Source of the DNA: Phoronis australis
Taxonomy: Eukaryota; Animalia; Phoronida
DNA: 64,000 nucleotides
Reading direction: 5' to 3'
NCBI GenBank assembly: GCA_002633005.1
Contig: NMRA01000178.1
Coordinates: 193,395 to 257,394 of the forward strand
Made by a program: the position numbers and the translations under genes. This document shows positions 30,901-42,900 of the stretch, piece by piece; position 1 is the first letter of the stretch; every line of letters starts with the position of its first letter. The notes beneath the pieces are model-generated. The model was given only the letters and a program-made list of their open reading frames with translations. It was not told the DNA's origin and ran no database searches.

Positions 30901-33900
30901 ATGTCAATGTGGATGTCATTAAGCACCACACAATTACGGTCGCTGGCTGCACCAGATACATCATACACTGCGAAGATAATAAACATCCCGTTAAAAACAC
31001 TTAAAACTATACTAATGCACACTAGGAAATTTACGTGGAAATCAAGTTTGCATTTTGGCATTGACACATGTGACTTACAGTAACAACACTTCACTAACAG
31101 GACTTCTGTCCAAACAGTCCAGTTAGTTTGTTTTTAATTGTATTTACTGATACATACCAGTTAAACGATGCCTTATATTGTGTATACTGAGCCTCACCAG
31201 TTCAACATTGTTTTCTTTTATGTATTAAAACTTATCAGTTCAATGTTTTCTGTTCCATCTAATATAACACATAAATAAATGGTGAATACTAATTTTTTTA
31301 AAAACACTAGTCGGGAAACTATGATTCCTTAACACAAAATGTTCAAAATAAAATCATTTGAGTTTAGAACTTACCAATATTTCCAAAAATGATTCCATTT
31401 TCTGTTGATGAGACTTTGACATTAGCTTTGATGTTGCAGAAATCTTGCGGCCCCAGGGTAACTGGCTGAGGTTTCTCCACAAGTTTCAGATAATCACCTA
31501 CAGCAACAATGACAAATAATGACCGCCGTCAGGAAACGACAAATCAAGGGAACATGTAGAACAGATTGAAAACCTCCTACTACAATGCACTAAGTTTCTG
31601 TACTTGTACATGTTCTGTTCAGCCTGGACTAACCTTTTAATCCAAAGAAATTCAATTAAATAATGGCTTAGCCACCTGGCTAACTTTCCTGCTAATTTCC
31701 CTTCATTCTCAGTCATGAGAAAGACAAATTCACCTTGTTGTTTGTTTCATGAAAAGTGACTTAAGATTTAAGACAGAAATTTGGACTTACGCTCCGCATA
31801 ACTATTTCGGAAAAAAATCAAATTTCACTTGAGCAAATGTGCAGCCTCTGTGAATATATGCATAACCGTTAGTTACTGCAGGTATAATTTCTATAGATTA
31901 CTTCCAGACAGTGATGCCCTCAGAATTACTTGCCTTTGACTAAACCTTTACTCACCAATAGTGAAGAGGGAGTGTAAGACCACACTAAGTCATGGGTCAC
32001 TTTCATGAAACACACCTGTGGAAGTCGAGGTCATGTTGTTTGAATACTCCTGGTGTGTAGTGTAGTAACGAGTTAACAAAAGTGTGAAAGTAACACTGTA
32101 AGTTCATACATCTCAACAGAGTACTCTCAGTCACAAGACACCATTACTGAACTCTACATACCCAGGGTGGCCAATTCAAGGGTCAGGTTCTGTAAAGTGT
32201 CTGATGTCTGGTTGACGATGAGTACATCTAACACGATGTCGTACTGGTTGACATTGACGTAAGCCTCGGCGTAGACGGGGTCTGAGAAACCAGTCAACTG
32301 GGTCACCTGGGAAGAACAAGGGGACCGGCTTAATGTTATACAGGTCCTTGTTGACACGTGTGTATTTAGCAAAAAAGCTCAAGATGAAATCTCAAAAATT
32401 GCTGACACAGTTTTGTAAATTATCGTCTCGTTTTATGCTATTTTGATTTTTTTCAAGAAAATCATCCAGTCATATGCTTAAATGCAAAAATTGAACATTT
32501 TGAAAACAATTTTAACAGCATTTTGTAGAATACTGCATAAAGCATAGGATCCGACAGTTTTATATGAATCAGCCATTCCTGAAATACGATACTCTCAAGT
32601 TGGGCACATTTGGACTTTTTTCCAGGGTCTTCATAACCTTAATATTCTAATGATTGTGTCATTCGCATTAGTCCAGTCTTCGCACATCATGTAAAGCCAA
32701 ATGGAGGCCTATGCTAAACGAATAGATGAAGACTATAAGGAAACAGATTAGAAGACACGAAAATAGACTAGAAGCGAATAGATTAGAATAGAATATAATC
32801 AGGGAACATGTCCAGAATCACGAGAATACAAATAAAGTCAACCCCATTTGTGACATCATACTTTCTGAACTGAAATAAACTGACAACAACATTCATAGAT
32901 ATTTTGCACTTTCGAAATATTTTGATCACAAAATTGATGGTACCAGCAGTTAAGGCCAACAGACAATGGAGTGGTAAAGCTCTAACACACACGGTGTGGC
33001 AGAGTGTAAAACTTTACGATATAGGATAATACCCTTGACATGACTAGCGAATCCCAGGGAACGAACATGAACAAGTAAGCTAACAGGATGTTCACAGCTG
33101 TTTCTGGGCCAAGTAAGATACGGATACACGTCACCCACCTTGCTGAGTTTGGATGAACTGACAATATCTGCCTCTTTCTTAGCATCCACGCCCAGCGCCT
33201 GTGATAGCGTCAGTTCAAACAGATCTTCTGTTGCACCCTGCTCGCTCTTAGACTTGAGTTGAATGAAGCCAATAGGGTCATCAGCTTGAATCTTAGATAC
33301 CTTCTTCTCAGTGGCCTGGAAAGATATTAGATATAAGTGATATACATTCATCGTACAGAGATAGAATATCAGGCAAGGGTGATATATGTTTGATATACAA
33401 AGAAAAATACCCGGTGAGGGCGATAACTGACTACTGTGCATAAAAGGATATCAGGTATGGGCGATATGCAAAAAAAGATATCAACATACCATATGACGAC
33501 TACCCATTAAAGATATTTGGAATGTAAGTTATTTGATCACTGCAAGGTATTTGGAAATTTTGGAAGTACTTGAAACACTGAACTTCATAGGTTTAACAGA
33601 CATCAACAAATGGCGACAACTTACAACAGATGACGAGTGAAAACCTTTGTTACCGAGGGTAATAATCTTAAATACTACCGGTCAAAGAAACATCAATTAG
33701 AATGTTGCAAGTCTAGACTTTTTTCTGAAAATCAAGATTTTTCACAAATATGCTTAATCTACAGATGAAACAAAAAATACAGGAGTATAAACAACACAGG
33801 ACACAGATGCAGTCCAGTGGTTTACAAGTGTAGTCCAGTGATTTAAGGTATAGCCCAGTGGTTTACAGGACGGTGTAGTTGGTAATACTGGTGATATAAC

Positions 33901-36900
33901 GTACCCGCATTTTGAGAGCCAGTTTCTCCACTGAACAATCGCATCAACTGCTTTTCAAAATGCGAGCATGTTATATCAGACTAGGGCCAGTGTAGTCTGT
34001 TAGTTTACAGGTGTAGTACAGTGGTTTACAAGTGTAGTACAGTGGTTTACCTTTTTGAACTCGCTCTCATCCACAGCCTTGGCAGTCAACATCTGTGACA
34101 ATGACTGGCGACACAGGCTGTTGAAGATCTCAAACGTCAGAGCTGAACGGTCAGACAGAACTTTCAAACACAGAGCGATGCGATCTACATCGTCATCAGT
34201 GATTGGCTGAAACAAATACACAAATAACAATGCTTTCGTTAGGAAACTTGAAGTAGAATAAACTGGGATTTTTGCCCATCAAATACTCTTTTTGCCATAA
34301 TTATATCACTTGAATCATAAAAATCAAATAGAAACTTAGGCACCTGCTACACAGGGGCCTGATACCTGGATAATATGTATTTTGAAATTGAACTATGACT
34401 CATCTACAATGTACATACAAATTCTTGTGAACCTACAAATTTAGATCGTTGCTTACCGCAAACCACTAAACAAAATTTAAGTCAGAATGATTTATAAAAT
34501 TGCAGAGTCTAGTGGATGTTTAAGGAACATATTGTTCATAAAACGAGGGTGTGCGTTAAAATCAGCACCCCTGGGCGCTTAAGAAACTCCACCAGGGCCC
34601 TTGATTTCGGGGCCATACATCGGCCCCATTCTCCCCCTTGAAAAATATTGAAAAATCATGCGAAATTCCCCTCATGATGCACAAATATTCCCCTAAAGTG
34701 ATTGAAAAATTTCCCTCGGTGTTCAAGTTACTTTTAACTCACACAAGTGACAATTTGAATGAACACAAAGTTACTTTCGACTACTTGAGGCAGATCCTAT
34801 GAGGGCCTGCAACAGGGGTGGGGGGTGCTATTGAAGGCACAGGCAACTTAACCTTGGGTGATCGAGGGCATTGTCCACTCAAAGTGATGAGGGCGGGTGG
34901 CAAAATGAGCAGTAGGAGTTTATGGCTTAGTGGTGTAATGTAAGACTTTAGTCTTAACAAGCTCCAGTTACAAATTACCAACAATAACATTAATCTTTTC
35001 AGTAAATCAAAAAGATGTTGAAAATCATTTGATGGAAAAATTGCTCATCTGATGAAAACAATAAATGGCACAAAGAGGAGCAGAACTAGTTGTGTGCACG
35101 GCCACACATGTGAAGGGGTGAATACTGGTCCCTCACACAGAAATGCTGACAATAAGTGACTCCGTAAAACACTTTGTAATGAGTATACTTATAACAACTC
35201 AACGCATAGTATACCTTTTCAGCTAATCCCGACTTGCCAAGATGTATAATGGTGGACATGATCAACATAGCCTCAGCAACAAACGACTGGAAAATAAGAA
35301 TAAGAAAAGCTGTAATTACGTGAACAATATGTCTGGGATAATCAACGAAACTTATTTTTTGCTAAAAGTGACATGAAAAAAGGTTGCCTTTGCCTTTAAG
35401 CTCCAACCACAAAGACATTAACTCTCTGACTCCAGAAACTGTGACAGTCAAGTTTTGCCTTTGTGAGCGACTGACCACAAGCCAACCTTGGTCAACTGTG
35501 TACTTTTAAAAAACCATAAAGTACTCAAAGCATGCCCACGGCTCGTTTGTTCTGTATAGATGTAAGATAACAAATACCTGTTTTCACGCTCTATGTATGT
35601 GACATGTTGGGTTATAATGGCAGCTAAAGCGGATCTGTGATACGACTATCAAATAGTTAGGGCTAAGAAAGGAGAAGTTAACCTCTAGTCGCACTGCCAC
35701 TAAAACTGGTTTATCAGATAAAAGGCTGGGAAAGAAGTTAAGGTCTGTTCACACAGCTGATTAACTGATATGTCATAACCTTAGGGCTTGAAAGAGAAAG
35801 GAGAAACTAAATTCTCTAACCCAACTGACAGCAGACANTCAGCAACAAACGACTGGAAAATAAGAACAAGAAAAGCTGTAACTACGTGAACAATATGTCT
35901 GGGATAATCAACGAAACTTATTTTTTGCTAAAAGTGACATGAAAAAAGGTTGCCTTTGCCTTTAAGCTCCAACCACAAAGACATTAACTCTCTGACTCCA
36001 GAAATTGTGACAGTCAAGTTTTGCCTTTGTGAGCGACTGACCACAAGCCAACCTTGGTCAACTGTGTACTTAAAACCATAAAGTACTCAAAGCATGCCCA
36101 CGGCTCGTTTGTTCTGTATAGATGCAAGATAACAAATACCTGTTTTCACGCTCTATGTATGTGACATGTTGGGTTATAATGGCAGCTAAAGCGGATCTGT
36201 GATACGACTATCAAATAGTTAGGGCTAAGAAAGGAGAAGTTAACCTCTAGTCGCACTGCCACTAAAACTGGTTTATCAGATAAAAGGCTGGGAAAGAAGT
36301 TAAGGTCTGTTCACACAGCTGATTAACTGATATGTCATAACCTTAGGGCTTGAAAGAGAAAGGAGAAACTAAATTCTTTAACCCAACTGACAGCAAACAC
36401 TCACATTCTGTTTCTTTTTGTCCTCGGTCAGGTCTACATAGCGCATGGCTAGCTTGGTGAGGGTAGTGGCCAGAGCAGCACCCATGAAGAAGTCGCCCTC
36501 CATAAGGAAGCCACGCAGGGGAGGCCTGCAAACATGTCAACAACCACAGCAATGACTATGAACCCAGGTTGCTCATTACACGAAGTAGCTATCAAACTAC
36601 ATTGAAAATCTAAAATTTTTGAGGTGTAAATATTCAATACGAAATCTCAACAATGCTGTAACGTAATTTTAGACTTTGTTTTGCATGTAACTTTTTCATA
36701 GAAATTCTAAATATCTTGATTATTGAAACATCTCATTTGAAATCGAAACAATAGAAAGACAATTCCTAAAAGGCTTTTGGAGAACAGAGCAGAAATCTAT
36801 CTGTGTATTTTGGCAGCAAACTTTCTTTTAAGCAAGTGGTATTTAACACTGGACTAGCTTCTGTGGATTCCAGCTTTCTCACTGTCCTGTCATACACTTG

Positions 36901-39900
36901 GAATGACAAATGCTCTTGTACAGACACACAATGTGCCCAACGGGCTCTTTATCAAGTTTTCAACCCAGTTGTTTTAGATTTCTCTCCTCTGATGGATATT
37001 CCGAACAAAGATCCAGGATTACATATATGTCATGTATTTTTATGTTTTTGTTCTCTTTGTTTTGGAAATGAATATCCAACGGCTATGACCACCTTTGGCA
37101 AAATGGCCCCAGAAGTGTTGTATAATGAACACATTCAATGCATTCATTGATCCAAACTGAACAAAATACTGCACGTACCGAACGACATCTTTCTTGGCAG
37201 AGGTTGTAGAAGAACTAAAGACGCTCTGTGTAGCATAGGTACCATCAGCAGTGACCAGGCGCTGAGTACTGCCTGACTGCATGGCAGCCGCCTCTACAAT
37301 CACAAGAGTCTATGTAAGAGAAGGTTTAACACAGATTGCTTCTTAAATGCTTTGTAGTTATTGCGTTATGCAGTCTTAGAAAAAGAATTATTAGGATTTT
37401 ACTTCTTTATTTATCACGAGTTTGGGAGCGACTGTACCCAACTAGTCCCTTGTCTGGCAAATTCATGATATGCAAAGTCCATGTGACTGGAGCTGGGCAC
37501 AACAAAAACAACACTGATCATAACTACCTAACGCTACAACTCTACCAAATTCCTTATTGAACTGTAGTATTGACCAATAATGACCAGTTTAGCTCTCTAG
37601 CTAGAAACAATGCAATCTACAGTCAATGCAATCTACAGTTAGTATTCGGTGAGTTTAAGCAACAGAGGGCGCTGAATGGCCGAAAGGTCATCTTCTTTCA
37701 AAATGAAACTGGTCAAGAGTTTTGATGTTAAACCTTCAAAAACCAAATCACAAACTAGGGGCATTATGGCAATAGTACACACTGCTTACAAGAGTCTGAT
37801 ACTACTAGCACTATGTAGAGTTACTATGGCAACAGTCAGTTGACCTTATTACAAGTAGACCACACTCACCTTCCTCTTTGTCATCCATGCCAGCTGCCTT
37901 CCTCATCTCATCCTCAACAATAGGGATCTGGGAAAGGAAAATGAACAGAAAATTAGCAATTTACTGAAGCAGCAAATTTACTGACTTGAAGCAAAATGAA
38001 AACCATAAGCACCATACAGAGTTAACACTGACTGATGAGGAATAAAATCAAAACAATTCATATTGCAAACATGAGAAATTGACTAGTCAAGTACCCATCA
38101 AAAACTGACACAACAGAATTTAGCAATGGCTATTATCTGCGCACATACAGTAAAGATATGTTAACATACACCTGCTTACATATGGGTCAATGTCATTAGC
38201 CGAGGTTGCAGTGCCCAGTAACTTTTTCACAAGGCCATGCAACGAAGACTAATAAAATTCACTTATATGTAAAACGTGGGTAAGATAACAAATTATACCA
38301 CACATCTAGGTTATAATCCACATTTTTCCCCCAACTCCAGTGCAATAGCCGTGTCACATGACTGTACAACAATGCGTAACATGCTTATACCACGTGTGTA
38401 TCAGTATGTAGGGTAACTGTCCTTAGACAACCAATAAAAATTAACAATATATATTTTAGAGTGCCAAGGTCTTTACAGGAGTGAGGATGGCTTTCCAGAA
38501 CAAACAGCATTCACTATTAACAACGACCACCTACCTCTCCCAACGACTGTCTTATCTCATTCATAAGGCTCTGAATGTCATCTTTAGATGTGCAGTATTC
38601 ACCCAGGATCCACAAGGCCGCACGGAAAATCCTAAAACAGACAAAACAAACACCACGTATCAGCAAACCTCGCATGATCATGGTAACAAACCCATCAAAA
38701 AACAACTAGACAAGCTTAAAGTGACTATAAACTCGCATTACGTCCAAGAAACTAACTTTGGATTTTTAACATTTACCATTACAAAATTGGTCTCAACTTG
38801 TTCCTTGCTCAGGTGAGAAGTCAGGCTTGTGTTCACAACAGTTGACCATGAACACTGAGAAGAGTGAGATTTTTGTAGCCTGATAGTATAGCAACATTAG
38901 CTCAATAAGTGCTGTATTCCCCAACACCAGTTATGCTGCACGGACTCACTTCTGTGCCTTGATGGCTGGGAAGACTTCTATCAGAGTCTGCGTGATGAGT
39001 GGTCTCAGATTCTCAAACCTGTGAACTGCCTCTCTGACAAACACCAACACGTCAGCAGCTGCCAGCTCACACTTGTCACTAAGAAACTCCATCAACTGAA
39101 GGGAAACAGACGTCAACATAAGTCAGTGAACACGGAGAAGGCCCCATGGTTAAAGACAGCACTATTTTATCGGAAATATTCAAAATTATGAGATATGCAT
39201 GCCAATTTTAAAGGCCTACGTAAGAAGAAATCATGATTTTTTCATGGTATGAAGACAAAACTATGTGTAGTTAATAACCATCCAGATGTCAGATTTCCAT
39301 TGGCTCAAACTGAAAGACTAATGAGAAGCTAAATGCTGGGTGAGACCAGCCCTTACCACAGGTATAATGTTGGCGGCTACATCAGGAAACTTGACACTAC
39401 ACTGATGAAGCGTTCGCACTAACTGTTGTCGGTACTTCCCAGTGTCCTCCTGTTCCACAGACTCGTTGGTCTTCACCACTTCCTTACGCAACACAAGCAC
39501 CATCTGCAATGCATGTAATAATATACAGATGAAACAAGACATGCAACACAAGCACCATCTGCAATACATGTAAGAATATACAGATGAAACAAGACATGCC
39601 AGGTAAGCCATTTAAGTCAACTGGACCTCTTGACCTTGCACGACAATTATCTTGTTCATGGAGATTGCACAGTTGCCAAGCCCAAAACTGCATGTGGTGA
39701 AACTCACTGGAGACCTTAACAACAACAAGACGCAATATTTTATCTTCTACTTGATTTTGATATTGAGGAGGCAAGTTATTACAGAATTATAATACCACAT
39801 TTTACACTACAGCCCAGTCCCCTTCCTAAGAGCAGAGATTACGTCTATAGTCAGATTTAGTGGGCCTACATTTTGAGAGCCAGTTTGATGCCCATTATCC

Positions 39901-42900
39901 AGTGGAGAAAACTGGTTCTCATAATGCATGCACATTACATCCGACTAATACAATTCCTGCATCTAATACCAGACGTTCTACCCACCTCTTCTATATTCCT
40001 AGATGAGACCAGGTCCAGCGCCAGGTTCAACACTTTCTTACGCACTTCAAGATCAGGTGCCGACAACACACGTAGGATGTCCATGACAAGTTCCTGCAAC
40101 ACGACACATGACTAGTCATCAGCTGGTAGTTCACCCAGTCTCAGCAATACAGTGAAGCCTTCAATCCACAACACAATATGACCCAACAGCGAAATCATAT
40201 TTCGTCAAATTTCCCAACGGTTTGCGGTGCAACAAACTGTCAACGGAAACACGGTGAACTTATTCATTTTAGAAATGGCATTAGCTTTTGAAAAATAAAA
40301 AATAGCAATGCCATTTTTAATTAACACATTACAATTTAGCACACACAAGTTTAAAGTGGAGCGTTGCCATTTTTAAGGCATTTTTTGGTCAATTTGGCAT
40401 ATTTTACTTCAATGTTAGGTAATTTGAACCCTTTCAGTCAATTTCCAGGCATGAGCAAGTGTCAAGTAAGTTACCAAAATATCTGAGTAAACTGTGTCAC
40501 TCCAAGTTTTCTGTTCTGATAACAGTACTTCATGGCTGAGACACCTGCCCACTTTCAACCCAAGTCCTGGTACGTAACAATTTACCATTACACATGAGCT
40601 ATGATGCCATCAAACAGGCACTACACCTAAAACAACAGTCAATTAGACATACACTATTTGTATTGTGTGAAGTGCTCACAGCATCACACATCCCATCCCA
40701 TTAAAAAATTATCATTTTTATTAACTTCATTTCAAAAATATTACTGTTAGTATCTTTCAGAGTACGCAACTGCACAATTAACTACAGATGCCTTCAAAAA
40801 AGCCACACTCCCCTTCAATAACACCAAATCTCAAAACTAATCCCACGAGTGGATTGCTAAAATTAATGTATCAGGCAAACCACAGACTGCATGCAGGCAG
40901 GTTGATGAGGCAAGGACATCAAGTGTACGTACCTGCAGGACTTTCTCATGAGACGGCACCTCTCTCAGACCAATCAGTCTGTCTAGCACAATAAGCTTCA
41001 CGTTGTTATCACTTTCCTTTACAATCAGTTCTATGTAACAGGTTGCCGCTGCCTGTGAAATAAGAGAGAGAAAACTGTCTAAATAACTGACTTCAACAAA
41101 TCAACTCTTTCACAGCCAATTTATTTTAGAAATGCATTTCCAAGTGCCAATTTTTGAGGCAATTTAGAAAATAGGGTTAAATCACCCACACACAGTGATG
41201 GTCAATGAAGATACAGAAGTGGGTTTCAATTGAAATACTTAGACCTAATCTGACATTGCAAACTCATATCCCGAATACGTATCGCTTTTGCGATGGAAAA
41301 TCTAGAGGTCGTGGCATTAATTGCAATTCCACAAGGGTTATTTTACCAAAAAATGTGTAAACTTGATTTTCATTCAGAATTAGGTAAAGCTGTCATCTTT
41401 AGGTGTGATTTTCTTTAACTGTTACATCTCAGTTATCTCAATTTATGATTTACAAGGTCAAGGATGAGCAAGTACTCCCCTCATTTGGCACTGAATGGGG
41501 GGCGACACTGTGACTGAAAGAGTCAACACTACACTTCACTGTTACACTATACTTAACTCTTGCAGATTTGCGTTCTTTCTTAGTAAAAATGAGACTAAAA
41601 ACGGTGTTATTTCAGGCAGTTGTAACACAAAACAGCCAAAGACTGTCATTAGGACTGAAATGCATCTTTGAACAACACAAAGAACAATAATGCGGTCAGT
41701 TTTCTTCACATACTGAAATACATTCGTGATTACAGAGCAGGTAATGAATAACACTTCTTTCTTGTCAAAATACAACAAAAACTTTGCTTCGTTTTTCTAT
41801 GCCCTCATAACCTCACCATATCACCATGAGCCAACAATTTCCGACTCACCTTGATGGCTGTGGGGGCACTAGACAGTGTAACCAGGGTTCCTGCGGCCTC
41901 GTAGCGTACAGCTGGGCTGGACGAGTTGAGCAGGTTGTAGATACATCGAATGAAGCGCGCCCTCTCTGATGGGTTGGCATGACACACCTTGTAGATGAGC
42001 TCAACGATAACCAGTTGCAGGATGTCCCCAAATGACTGGACCTGGTCTATACAGCTGCTCAGGTAACTGAGGGCACGGTCCTGAAACAGATTGAAGACAG
42101 TGAGATGTCAGGTGTCTACCCTCACACTACCAGGCTCGAACACACCAATGAAATCAACATTGAGGTAATGCGAAACCCGAGAAAAAATGTTCAAATTTGA
42201 CCAATGTCAGAACATCATATCTCACAAATGACTGATTAAATACAAATTATGACTTTCGGATACCGTGCTTTTGCAACGTGCCCCCTTTATCAAACAGTGT
42301 GCCACTACCAGACACTGACTGACTCTGACTTTCATACATTCCGTGTCCTATTACATGTCGCATTTCATGTCTTTGACTGTAGAAGTCCAGTAAAAACATT
42401 AGCACAAGGCCAGTACAATACCTGATCAACATGAATCAACATCATGAAAGCATTTCTCTTGCACGACGCGTCCTGCTCGCTCTCCAGGAAGTTACCAATC
42501 AACTCCGGCGCATCAGGGATCAACACATCGTGGTTCCTACACAAATAAGGACAAGTGGGTTGTTCAGGAAGAGACAACTTAAGAAGAGCATCAGAGATCA
42601 GCACACTGTGCTTATTAGTAAAATGAAGATGGAGTGTGATCTACTGATACACAACAGCACCATTTAGATAATGCTGTCCGCATCAAAGGCTGAGAACTGT
42701 AAGAGGTGGGCATCCCTGTTTTGGCGTTACCTAGCAATCACCACTGAATCCCAGTCAAGATTTACACAGCAGTGGCCGACATTACTACTTTAGGATTCTA
42801 TTTTTCCATTTTTCGAAGGCTGCTAACTTATTCGCTGAAATTGTAAACATTACTGTACCTATACAGAACAAGCCAAGCCACAGGAGTATAGCCCGGATTG

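Noticed and set aside
35839-36399. Duplicated COPB1 exon-14 acceptor with a partial exon
   Set aside because: It starts right after a single N and is a near-identical copy, so it is treated as an assembly artefact rather than another junction duplication.
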